A program made the position numbers and the translations under genes. A stretch of DNA of 64,000 nucleotides, from NCBI GenBank assembly GCA_965213925.1, contig OZ243927.1, positions 2,560,001 through 2,624,000 of the forward strand, read 5' to 3'. This document shows, in pieces, positions 31,248 to 41,011 of the stretch. Position 1 is the first letter of the stretch; each line of letters begins with the position of its first letter. The notes below the pieces were generated by a model. The model was not told the origin of the DNA, made no database searches, and saw nothing but the letters and a program-made list of their open reading frames with translations. Origin of the DNA: Trueperaceae bacterium. Its GTDB lineage: Bacteria > Deinococcota > Deinococci > Deinococcales > Trueperaceae.

Positions 31248-32942
31248 CTAGTCGCTTTCGTCGGAGCCGTCGTCCGAGTCGTCGTCAGAGCCGTCGCCGG
31301 TCGTGAAGGTGTTGACCGGACCGTCCTCGACGCCGAAGCCGACGCCGAACAGGTCGAAGAAGTCGGCCGCGACTGAAATGGCCGTTTCGCCCTCGACGCC
31401 CTCGTTGGTCAGTTCGCCGTTGGTGGTCACCGCGACGGGCTGCCAGTCGTAGGTGTGGAAAGGTTGCAGCGTCTCAGTCGTGGCGGTGCCGTTGAAGTTA
31501 TGAGGGATCGCCGTGCCCGTGATGTCCGTGTTGTCGATCAAGAACGCCGCGATCCACTCGGCGAAGTTGTCGTCGGCGTGGACGCGGTCTAAAACAACTG
31601 CGCCGTAGTAGACCAGGTTGCTGCGTTCGCGGAAGGTAAGCTCATATTCAGGCAGCACGGGAACGTCCGTCGCGCCGTTCTCAGGCGAGTCGGCGTCCAC
31701 GAAAAACGCCTCTAACGGCGTGACGCTGAAGGTACCCGTCTGAGCCTCATTCGCGCCGCGCACCGCGACGACGCGGTAGGTCGCACTCAGCCCGGGTTGC
31801 AGCGCTGGCGTCGCGTCGCGGTAGCCGAATTCTGTACTCGTGGGGTTCTCGGGGTCGAGATCGGCTTGGGCAGGGCTCACTTGACCGATGAGGCGGAAGT
31901 CATCCTCGCCCTCTAACTGCCTGTAGATCTGGAAGGCGGTCGGCAAGTCCGCGCCCGTGGTGAAATCGTAGCTGAAAAAGAGGTCGACCCAGACGATGTA
32001 TTCGTCCAAGAAGTCCTGCGTGCCCAGTTCACTCGGGGCGAAGCTCTGCGCCATGCGGCCTAGCGCGTCCAGATCGTTCGCCCGCACGGCGTCCATGAAT
32101 TCAGCCGTGGTGAAGGTGTTGACGGCGTCCTCCGAAGCCATGCTCTGCGTGCCGAATACGCCCACGTCATTGAAGGTGATGGCTTGTCCGGTGAAGTCCT
32201 CTATGTCGGCTAAGTTCGACTGACCCGAAAAGACCTCGACGTAGCGGATGACCTCGGTGCGGTTCTGGTTGAGGTCGTAGGTGACGACGTGCAAGGTCGT
32301 GTCGCCTTCGAAGCCCTCGGCGGAGAGGGCGACCTCGGTTTCGCTGCCGTTAAAGTCGAAGGGCACGCCCGGCACAAACTGATTGAGGTAGCCCGAGCTG
32401 CCGCGGCTCTGACCCAAGGCGGCGGACGAGAAGGTGAAACCGTTGACGTCCGGCTCGGCGAGTTCGCCGTCGACGGTGAAGGTGAAGGTGTCCTCTTCGC
32501 CGCCGCCTGTGAAGCTGTCGCCGTTGTCGACGCTCACGTTGAGTTCGGGGGGCTGGGTGGGCAAGAAGGGGTCAAAGATTTCAAGCTGGATGGTGTCGTA
32601 GAAGGTCTCTTCGCCCTCGGTGACGCGCAAGCCTTCGACCCGCGAGGTGGCGTATCCCTCTTGGCGGAACTCCAACGCCTGCGTGCCCTTGGGCACGGAC
32701 AGGCTGTAGAAGCCGTCCGCGTCGGTTTCGGCGCTCGTCTCCTCGCCGACGACGCTCACCGTCGTGCCCTCGACGGGCTGCCCCGCTTTGCGCAAGGAGA
32801 CGTAGCCCGACACCGTGCCAAGCTCCTTGTTGAGCGTTTCTTGCGAGGTGTTCTCCTGCGTCAGGTCTGCGCACGCCGCTAGGACGAGCAGCGCGAACGC
32901 AGCCATGATCACCGCACCGAAACCCTTGAGATGGGTTTTCAT
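31248..32942 (-). CDS. Acidic lipoprotein with carboxypeptidase-regulatory-like domain
   Basis: Lipobox LAAC; GTVSGYV...TDADGFYSL beta-sandwich; co-oriented immediately upstream of the S8 gene. Confidence 0.8.
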   Translation of the reverse strand: MKTHLKGFGAVIMAAFALLVLAACADLTQENTSQETLNKELGTVSGYVSLRKAGQPVEGTTVSVVGEETSAETDADGFYSLSVPKGTQALEFRQEGYATSRVEGLRVTEGEETFYDTIQLEIFDPFLPTQPPELNVSVDNGDSFTGGGEEDTFTFTVDGELAEPDVNGFTFSSAALGQSRGSSGYLNQFVPGVPFDFNGSETEVALSAEGFEGDTTLHVVTYDLNQNRTEVIRYVEVFSGQSNLADIEDFTGQAITFNDVGVFGTQSMASEDAVNTFTTAEFMDAVRANDLDALGRMAQSFAPSELGTQDFLDEYIVWVDLFFSYDFTTGADLPTAFQIYRQLEGEDDFRLIGQVSPAQADLDPENPTSTEFGYRDATPALQPGLSATYRVVAVRGANEAQTGTFSVTPLEAFFVDADSPENGATDVPVLPEYELTFRERSNLVYYGAVVLDRVHADDNFAEWIAAFLIDNTDITGTAIPHNFNGTATTETLQPFHTYDWQPVAVTTNGELTNEGVEGETAISVAADFFDLFGVGFGVEDGPVNTFTTGDGSDDDSDDGSDESD

Positions 32943-33611
32943 ACTTTCCTCCTGTGAATGAACGTTTGACCCTAGCCTCGAGCCCTCATTGCCAGCCTTC
33001 GCGACAACCTAACCTGAACGCCCGAATGTGCCAGGGTGATTAGGTTTGCGTCATGAGATCGAGGCACACCACGACCTACGTATTTATCCCTCCTGAAGTA
33101 AAATATTTCACTCTAAGTCGCCCACTATTCAACTGGAACGTACGACCCCAATACTAACACATGTAAAGAATTCAACATTTATATAAGTAAGGTGACCACT
33201 GAGGTATTTCTGCGGATGTGAAAAGAAGTGGCGTAGAAATCTCGGCTCTTGAACTGCTGCTATCTTATAGCCACTAAATACCCTGTTCTGGGTGTAAAAG
33301 GCCGGTGTTGAACCGCTATCTCGACCTCAAACGCAACTTTTTAACATCAGGTAGAACGGCTGTGCGGGACTGGTGGGAACCTGCGACTCGAGACGTAGCC
33401 TCATTTCAAGCGTGTCGTGGCGCGGATGTGTACAAAGTGCGGATGACACAGCGGGTTCAGATACGATTTCTATGCATTTTATGTCCGGGCGGCTCGAGCC
33501 TGACGCGGTTTCCTATACACCGGCTCGCTTAGAAGCGTAATACGCTCTTCCTTGTTTGACGCACCACCCATTTCCCCTTCAAAACGTTTGAGCTATCCTA
33601 AGGAGTCGTCC

Positions 33612-35651
33612 TTGAGCCTGATCAGCATGAGCCCCTCGACACGCCGTTTTTCTGCCGCCGACGCCGCCGAGCTGTACGGCGTGCCGACCTGGAGCGGCGG
33701 CTATTTTCGCGTTGGACAGGGCGGGCAGATGCAGGTCTCGCCCTCCGCTGACGGTCAGGGCGTCGCGCTTTCAGATATCGTCACCGACCTTCAGGCACAA
33801 GGTCACACGCTGCCCGCCGTGCTGCGCCTTCCGCAGATTTTAGAGCACCGCTTGGACGAGCTTAACAGCGCGTTCGCCGCGTCGATCCGAGAGGCTGGGT
33901 ACGGCGGACATTACCAGGGCGTCTTCCCGATCAAGGTCAACCAGCGCCGCGTCGTGGTCGAGACGATCGCCGAGCACGGCGCGCGCTACCGCACCGGCTT
34001 AGAGTCGGGCAGCAAGGCCGAACTCGCCATCTGCTTGGCGCAGGACATCCACCCGGACGCACTGCTCTGCTGCAACGGCTTTAAGGACGACGACTTTATT
34101 CGTCTGGCGCTGCGCGGGCGGCAGCTCGGCAAAAGCGTCGTCATCACCCTGGAGAAATACGCCGAGTTGGAGCGCGTGTTGCGCATAGGTGAGGAATTAG
34201 GCGTCGAGCCCGCGCTGGGGCTGCGCTTCAAGCTCCACGCGAAGGGCTCGGGCAAGTGGGCGGACTCGGGCGGCGACAGCGCCAAGTTCGGGCTCTCCGC
34301 CGCCGAGATGGTCAAGGTCGCGCAGCGGCTCAAGGAATGCGGGCGTTTGCACACGCTCGAGATGCTCCACTGCCACGTCGGTTCTCAACTCACCGACATC
34401 CGCAAAATCCGCGTGGCGGTGCGCGAGGCGGCGCAAGCCTATGCGCAGCTCCGCGTCTTAGGCGTGCCGATTCGCTACCTCAACGTGGGCGGCGGGCTCG
34501 CGGTGGACTACGACGGCTCCAAAACGACCTTCTACGTCTCCGCGAACTACAGCCTGCAGGAGTACGCCGACGCCGTCGTCTACGCCGTGCAAGAGGTTTG
34601 TGACGCTGCTGGTAACGGCGCAGGTGTGCCGCCGCACCCGCACCTCGTCACCGAGTCGGGGCGGGCGCTCACCGCGCACCACGCGGTCGTCGTCTTGCCG
34701 GTCGTGGACGCGGTCGGTCCGACCCGAGCGCCGCTCGAGCTGCCCGAACTGAGTGAACCTGCTCACACGCTCGTCTCTGACATGCGCGAGCTTCTCACGG
34801 ACATCACGCTCAAAAATTACCGCGAGGTCTACTTTGAGGCGGCCAGCAACAAGGACACGATGCACAACCTCTTCGACTTAGGCTACTTAAGCCTCCTGGA
34901 GCGGGCGCACATCGAGAGCCTCTACAGCCGCATCTTGGACCGAGTCTCCAGGGTGATTCAGGGGCTCGAGTACGTCCCCGACGAGTTCGAAGACTTGCCG
35001 AAACTCTTAGCGGACAAGTACATCTGCAACTTCAGCCTCTTCCAGAGCCTGCCCGACAGTTGGGCCATCGGCGCGCTCTTCCCGGTTGCGCCCCTAAGCC
35101 GCCTGGACGAAGCGCCGACGAGAAACGCGACTCTGGTCGACATAAGTTGCGACTCGGACGGGAAGATATAGTATTTCCACGTTTCATTGCTGTAGCAAAG
35201 AAACGTGCGAGCGGATGCGAGAAGAAACAGACGCAATCAGTTGGTGCAGCGAAGTGTGGAAGTACTAATAGATAAGTTCATCGACCTGCGCGACGTCAAG
35301 GCGACGCTGCCGCTGCACCCACTGCGCGAAGGCGAGCCTTACTACTTAGGCGTCTTCTTGTCGGGGGCCTACCAAGACGTGCTCGCCAACTCGCACAACC
35401 TCTTCGGGCGGGTGAACGAGGCGCACGTGCGCGTGACGGGCGAGGGCGGGTTTGTGCTCGAGCGCGTCGTGGGCGGTCAGAAGGCGCGGCGCGTGATCGA
35501 AAACATGGGCTACGAAGCCGTAGAGCTTTACGGCCGGCTCAAAGAGGAGGTCGACGAGCGCCTCCAGGCAGGAGATATCACGGCGCAAGAGGCGAGCGAC
35601 CTCTTAGAGACCTACAATGCAGAATTGGTGGGGTATACGTACCTTGAATAA
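33612..35651 (+). pseudogene. speA: Biosynthetic arginine decarboxylase interrupted by a MITE
   Basis: FPIKVNQ (PLP Lys), HCHVGSQ, NFSLFQSLPDSWAI, DISCDSDGKI // DKFID, GAYQDVL...HNLFG; insertion at 35169-35267. Confidence 0.92.
35169..35267. mobile_element. 99-bp MITE inserted in speA
   Basis: Terminal IR TAGTATTTCCAC / GTGGAAGTACTA (11 of 12), flanked by duplicated ATA (35166-68, 35268-70). Confidence 0.85.
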
Positions 35652-35711
35652 CCGCGCTACGCCGTCTACATTCGAGCGCGGCGCTGTGTAGGGGTGATTC
35701 ATGAATCACCC

Positions 35712-36905
35712 CTACGTGGTCAGCGTTTCAGATTCATCGCTTTTCACGACAACGCCACCAAAAACAATGCGCTGCGGGCGTCTATAGACGCTCGCGTCCT
35801 CCAACGGGTTGCCGTCCCACGCTGTGAGGTCGGCGAACGCGCCGGGTCGCAGCGTGCCGACCTGCCCCGCCAGCCCGAGCGCGTCCGCTGCCACCGTCGT
35901 CGCGGCGCGAAAGACGTCCGAGAGGTCCACGCCAACTTGGGCGAGTAGCGCCAACTCTCTATGCAGGTTGCCGTGCGGGTTAAAGGGCGTGCCTGAGTCG
36001 GTGCCGGAGACGATGGGCACGTCCGCCCGGTAGGCCTCGGCGGTATTTTCACGGTGCCGCCGGGCGATAGGGCGCGTTTTTTCTAGGACCCAGTCGGGCA
36101 TTCCCGCGTCGTCGCCGCCGGAAAGGATGCCGTCTGGCGCGGCTAAAGTCGGCACTAAAAAGCGCGTCTTGAGCATGTCCAAGGCGTCTTCGTCCCATTC
36201 GTCGAACGCGCCGTGCTCGACCGTATCGATGCCCGCGCGAAGGGCATTCTTGATCCCCTCCAAGCCCTGCGCGTGCGCGGCGGTGCGCCGCTCCGCCTTG
36301 TGCGCCTCCTCGACGCCCGCGCGCAGCTCGTCCTCGGTGAGCGCCGTTGCGCCCGCCCGCACGTTTTGCGTCAAAACGCCGCCCGTCGCCATAAACTTGA
36401 CCACCTGTGCGCCCGCTTTGAGTTCGCCGCGCACGGCCCGCCTCATGGCGTCAGGTCCGTCCGCCTCGAGCCCCAACTTATGCCCGTGACCACCCGTCAT
36501 GGTGAGGTTGCGCCCCGAACTCTGGACGCGCGGTCCGCTGAGTCGCCCCTCGGCGACCGCCCTGCCGAGGTCGACCGCGACGTTGTCCGGTCCGCCCAGG
36601 TCGCGCACCGTCGTCACACCCGCCCCGAGCTGCGCGCGCATGTTCTTCTGCGCTAACAGCACGCGCTCCGTCAGGCTCAGCGCTTGTAGATACGCTACTG
36701 GATTCGCGCTCGCGTCCAATAAGAGATGGACGTGCGCGTCGATAAGCCCAGGCGTCACCGTGCCGGTCAGTTGCACGTCTTCAGCGCGCGCCTCACCCTC
36801 TTCAAAGTCCACGATGCGCCCACCCTGTGTGCTGAGGCGTCCGGTGATTCTCTCCAGCGTTTCGGGGAAGAGGAAGGTCGCGTGATAGGTCGTTGAGTGG
36901 CTCAA
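35712..36905 (-). CDS. Metal-dependent amidohydrolase (prolidase-like)
   Basis: PGLIDAHVH, GVTTVRDLG, KFMATGG, AHAQG, EHG, GTDSG. Confidence 0.9.
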   Translation of the reverse strand: MSHSTTYHATFLFPETLERITGRLSTQGGRIVDFEEGEARAEDVQLTGTVTPGLIDAHVHLLLDASANPVAYLQALSLTERVLLAQKNMRAQLGAGVTTVRDLGGPDNVAVDLGRAVAEGRLSGPRVQSSGRNLTMTGGHGHKLGLEADGPDAMRRAVRGELKAGAQVVKFMATGGVLTQNVRAGATALTEDELRAGVEEAHKAERRTAAHAQGLEGIKNALRAGIDTVEHGAFDEWDEDALDMLKTRFLVPTLAAPDGILSGGDDAGMPDWVLEKTRPIARRHRENTAEAYRADVPIVSGTDSGTPFNPHGNLHRELALLAQVGVDLSDVFRAATTVAADALGLAGQVGTLRPGAFADLTAWDGNPLEDASVYRRPQRIVFGGVVVKSDESETLTT

Positions 36906-37066
36906 GAGGGTCTCCTTATGAGGGTTAGCCTATAATAGACGAGCGGAACCTTGCGCGAGTAGGGGAGAGGTACAGACTTTTATGTGCCCTAAACCCGTTT
37001 CTTCCGCGAGGAAGGTGTCGGTAAGCCAAGAAAATAGCGCCCAGACATCATCCAGGCGCTATTTAG

Positions 37067-37234
37067 TACACCGTCAACTAAGTATTGATACCTTCTTACT
37101 GATGTCACCCTGAGCCGAAGGCGTAAGGGTCTCGTCTCGCAATCTCTGTTAGAGGAGTCAGCAAGGGCAGAGATTCTTACGCTCCACTGCGTTCCGCTCA
37201 GAATGACATACTTCATTGTTTAGTTGACGGTGTA
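37067..37234. mobile_element. 168-bp MITE with nested REP-like hairpin
   Basis: 15-bp perfect terminal IR TACACCGTCAACTAA / TTAGTTGACGGTGTA; inner ATGTCACCCTGAGC / GCTCAGAATGACAT; TATTTAG on both sides. Confidence 0.75.
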
Positions 37235-37247
37235 TTTAGGTTGAAGT

Positions 37248-38078
37248 TTAGGAGCGCAAAAAGTCCAGCATCAACTCGTTAAGCTTCTCGGTGTGCGTGT
37301 ACTGAAGCCCGTGCGGTGCGCCCTCGATGACCTCTAAGCGGCTGTCTTTGATCATCTCGGCAGCTTGCTTGCCGCTCGCGTCTAACGGGACGATCTGGTC
37401 AGCGTCGCCGTGGACGATAAGCGTAGGCACCGTGATCTTCTCCATGTCGGGGCGAAAGTCCGTCGTGCCGAACGCCGTGATGCACCTTTGCATCGCCCTG
37501 GGCGAGCAGAACGCCGCGATCATCTTGTTGTAGTGGAGCAAGTCGTCGCTAATGGAGTCGCCGTCGTCGTAATTGACAAACTGCTTGCCGAAGCTGTCTA
37601 AAAAGGCGATGCGGTCCTCCTTGACGTTCTCCATAAATTCGTCGAACGCTTCTTGCGGCACGCCGTCAGGGTTATCGTCCGTCTGAAGCATGTAAGGCGT
37701 CACCGCGCTGATGAGCATCGCTTTAGAGACGCGGTCTGTGCCGAACTGACCGAAATAACGCGCCACCTCGCCGCCGCCCATCGAAAAGCCCGCTAAGGTC
37801 ACGTCGTGCAGGTCGAGCGCCTTGATGAGTTCGTGGACATCGTTCGACATCGTGTCGTAGTCGTAACCGCTCCAGGGCTTGTCCGAATCGCCGAAGCCGC
37901 GCCTGTCGAACGCGACGCAGCGGTAGCCGGCCTCGGTCAGCGCGTTGACCTGGTACTCCCACATGCGGTGGCTGAGGGGCCAGCCGTGGATGAGTACGAC
38001 GGGCGGACCTTCACCGTAGTCTTGAAAATAGAGGTTGACAGGGTAGTCTCGCTCGGTTGCAACTTGAACAAAAGGCAT
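37248..38078 (-). CDS. Alpha/beta hydrolase, non-heme haloperoxidase/arylesterase family
   Basis: IHGWPLS, DRRGFG, GFSMGGGE, HGDADQIVP, APHG. Confidence 0.93.
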   Translation of the reverse strand: MPFVQVATERDYPVNLYFQDYGEGPPVVLIHGWPLSHRMWEYQVNALTEAGYRCVAFDRRGFGDSDKPWSGYDYDTMSNDVHELIKALDLHDVTLAGFSMGGGEVARYFGQFGTDRVSKAMLISAVTPYMLQTDDNPDGVPQEAFDEFMENVKEDRIAFLDSFGKQFVNYDDGDSISDDLLHYNKMIAAFCSPRAMQRCITAFGTTDFRPDMEKITVPTLIVHGDADQIVPLDASGKQAAEMIKDSRLEVIEGAPHGLQYTHTEKLNELMLDFLRS

Positions 38079-38117
38079 GAATTCCTCCTCGAGAATAGGC
38101 TGTGAACGACCCTACCA

Positions 38118-39578
38118 CTACTGAGCACCGAAGGTGACGGACTTAGATGCGAGTTCTAGCGCTAAGTCCACGGTTTCACCTCCGCGCTGCACCGTAATCG
38201 TCACCTCCGTGCCGACACCTTTTTCGCGCAACACGCCGAGTAGCTCGTCGAAGTTTCTGGTACGTTGACCGTCCACTGCGGTGATCACATCTGCTCGCAG
38301 ATCGAAGTCTACGACCTGCCCGGCGTCGTTGGTGATGGGCTCGGCTTCTAAGTCGCGCAAGCCCGCTCTTTCTGCCGGGCTGTTCGGCGCGACGTTGCCT
38401 ACAATGACGCCCGCACGCGGTCCCAAGTCGAAGCGGCGCTCGCGCCGCGGGTTATAAGCGCCCGTCAGACCGTAGCGCCGTGAACCCAAGGTAAAGCCGA
38501 TCACCGGAATGTCGCGCCGCTCGCCCGCCCTCAAGCTCGCGATCACGTCGCTCTCGGCGGAGACCGGCACCGCGTAGGAGTTAAAGCGCCCGCCCTCTTC
38601 GGCGAAGGGCGCGATGATGCCTTGTGGTGCGCCCGAAAGCGCGATGTAGCTCACGACGCCGATGGCTTCGCCGTCCGCGTTGATGACTGGGCCGCCCGAG
38701 TCGCCGGGGGCGAGGGGGGCGGTGAGTTCGATGGCGGTATCGGCGAATGTCGAGCGGAGAGGCGCGACGTCTAGGCGCGTGACCTCGCCGACGCGCCCCT
38801 CCAAAAAGTCGCCGCGGCTGTTGCCGATAGCCAGTACCTCGCTGCCAATCTCAGTGGTTAAGCCCGTGAGCGGCAGGTAGGGAACTTCATTAGAGACGTC
38901 CGCTTGCAAGAGCGCGAGGTCGAGGTAGGCGTCGAAGCCGATGAGTTCCAAGGGGTAGCGCATCTGGTTGGGACCGACCGCGACGATGCTGCGCTCACGG
39001 GCTTGACCGGGGTTGGTCGGGTCGACCACGTGATACGCCGTCAGGACGAGACCGTCGGGCGAGATGAAAAAGCCGGAGCCGACGCCCTGCACAACCGAGT
39101 TAAAAACGTTGCCGCTTCTCACCTCGAGCTGCAAGCTCGCCGGGCGCGTCTGTTCGAAGACGCTGAGCAGGGTGCCGCTCGGAGCGACCACTTCGGGCAG
39201 GCCGCGCTGCGCGAAGTGGAGTTGGGGCTCCTCCGGGCGCTGGACACTCAGCGCGACGAGCCCGATTGTAAAGAGAAGACCCAAAAGGAGAAAAACGCGC
39301 CGCATGGAGCGCAGAGGACCCGGCGGGGGCGCAGCGGTCTGTGACGCTGCGGGGAGAGGCACCCTGGGCCGCCCGAGAGCCACCTCGAGCTGTTCCTCTT
39401 CGCGCCCGTCCGACGTCTGCGCCTCAGCACCTTGTTCCTCAAATTGTGAGGTTACAGCCTGTGACTCTTCAGCTTCATCCTGGGCTCGAGTTTCGCCCTG
39501 CGTTTCCTGCGCCGCGCCCTGCACCGGCTCCCGTCTCCTCTGCTCGGTGGCTAGCGCCCGTTCGTCCTCGTAATTCAC
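38118..39578 (-). CDS. HtrA/DegP-like S1C serine protease with PDZ domain
   Basis: TM anchor, GSGFFI, LTAYHVV, DLALL, PGDSGGP, C-terminal PDZ. Confidence 0.92.
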   Translation of the reverse strand: MNYEDERALATEQRRREPVQGAAQETQGETRAQDEAEESQAVTSQFEEQGAEAQTSDGREEEQLEVALGRPRVPLPAASQTAAPPPGPLRSMRRVFLLLGLLFTIGLVALSVQRPEEPQLHFAQRGLPEVVAPSGTLLSVFEQTRPASLQLEVRSGNVFNSVVQGVGSGFFISPDGLVLTAYHVVDPTNPGQARERSIVAVGPNQMRYPLELIGFDAYLDLALLQADVSNEVPYLPLTGLTTEIGSEVLAIGNSRGDFLEGRVGEVTRLDVAPLRSTFADTAIELTAPLAPGDSGGPVINADGEAIGVVSYIALSGAPQGIIAPFAEEGGRFNSYAVPVSAESDVIASLRAGERRDIPVIGFTLGSRRYGLTGAYNPRRERRFDLGPRAGVIVGNVAPNSPAERAGLRDLEAEPITNDAGQVVDFDLRADVITAVDGQRTRNFDELLGVLREKGVGTEVTITVQRGGETVDLALELASKSVTFGAQ

Positions 39579-39786
39579 GCATCGCTCGCTTTCTCTAGGG
39601 GTGATGTAGTCGTAATACCTAACGTCTAGTTTAAGGGTAGACGAGTCTAGCGGACTATGCCGTATTCGTCATTACTCAAACGTCGTTCTTGGCGGCGTGC
39701 CGTCTCGCATAGCCGTCTCACGGCTTCGGGTACAAATGACTCTTTTGACTCCTTCCCTCCTCGAGGCGCCGGCGTATACTACAAGG

Positions 39787-40815
39787 ATGAGTACGCCCGC
39801 CCCCGTTGACAACTCCGGTGAAACCGACTACAGCGCTAAGATTCAAGCCGTCGCTGACAAACTTCGTGCCTGGGAAGGACCCGTCGTCCTCATCGCCCAC
39901 GTGGACCCAGACGGCGACGCGCTCGGCAGCACGCTCGCGCTTAAACGCGCCCTGGACGCGCTCGGTAAAGAGACGGTGCTGCCGCTCGAAGCTCCGCGCT
40001 ACCTCGCGTTTCTAGCCGAAGAGGGCGAACTCTCCGCGCCGCTAGAGACGCTGCCCGAAAGGTGCCTCCTGGCGATTCTCGACGTGGCGGACGAAGACCG
40101 CGCTGAGGGTGCGCCCTTAGAAGGTGCCGCGTTCACGCTCAACCTCGACCACCACGGGACGAACGTCCGCTTCGGCGACCTCGCCTGCGTCGAGCCGGAC
40201 CGCGCGGCAACGGCGCACATCGTCAAAGACGTGATCGACGCGATGGGGGTTCCCTGGAGCCCCGCCATCGCGACGCCCTGCTTGACGGGCATCCTGACCG
40301 ACACGGGCAACCTCCGCTACGGCAACACCGCGCCGGCGACCCTTCAAGCGGCGGGCGACCTCATCGCTAAGGGTGTACCCTACGCCGAACTCACCGACCG
40401 CTTGCAGTGGCGTCACCCCGACTACTTCAGGATGCTCGGCAAGGTGATGTCCACCGCCGAATTCCCGCTGGGCGGCTTGGTCGCGATGGCCCGCTTGACG
40501 CAGAGGATGCGCGACGAGATCGGTCCGACTGACGACGACTCGGACGACTACGTCGGTTTTATCCGCTACGCGGAAGGGGCGCAACTCGCGATTTTTCTCA
40601 AGGAGCGCACGGACGAGGCGGGACCGAAAACGAAGATTTCGGTGCGCGCCCGTGAGGGCGTCTCCGCGCAGGCGGTCTGCTTGGCGTTTGGCGGCGGCGG
40701 ACACGTCGCGGCGGCGGGCGCGACGGTACACGCCGACATGGAGGAGGCGCGGCGGCAGGTTTTGGAGGTGGCGAAAGAGGAGTTGGAGGCTCGAGGGTTC
40801 GACGTGCCGGGTTGA
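39787..40815 (+). CDS. DHH/DHHA1 phosphoesterase (NrnA-like nanoRNase)
   Basis: HVDPDGDALGS, LDHH, TDTG, GGGGHVAAAG. Confidence 0.93.
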   Translation: MSTPAPVDNSGETDYSAKIQAVADKLRAWEGPVVLIAHVDPDGDALGSTLALKRALDALGKETVLPLEAPRYLAFLAEEGELSAPLETLPERCLLAILDVADEDRAEGAPLEGAAFTLNLDHHGTNVRFGDLACVEPDRAATAHIVKDVIDAMGVPWSPAIATPCLTGILTDTGNLRYGNTAPATLQAAGDLIAKGVPYAELTDRLQWRHPDYFRMLGKVMSTAEFPLGGLVAMARLTQRMRDEIGPTDDDSDDYVGFIRYAEGAQLAIFLKERTDEAGPKTKISVRAREGVSAQAVCLAFGGGGHVAAAGATVHADMEEARRQVLEVAKEELEARGFDVPG

Positions 40816-40903
40816 GTTCGGCGGGGATAGTAGCGTTTCGCCACATGGTAGTGGTTCTAAGTCGAATGCTGTTGTGTACGCCTTCTACCGTCTCCAGGCA
40901 ACA

Positions 40904-40925
40904 AACAAGGGGTTTCAACCCCTTG
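40904..40925. repeat. REP-like palindrome, copy 2
   Basis: AACAAGGGGTTTCAACCCCTTG between convergent genes. Confidence 0.7.
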
Positions 40926-41011
40926 CTTTGACATCCGTGTCATCCCAGACAGAGCCACTACCCGCCACATCAAAGGAAACTGGTTTTGTATCTAAGGGGT
41001 CCGGATTCTTC

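Noticed and set aside
33305..33532. 75-aa ORF or riboswitch upstream of speA
   Set aside because: No recognisable protein or aptamer consensus
35169..35267. Group I/II intron or intein in speA
   Set aside because: Far too short, contains stops, and has TIR plus TSD hallmarks of a DNA element
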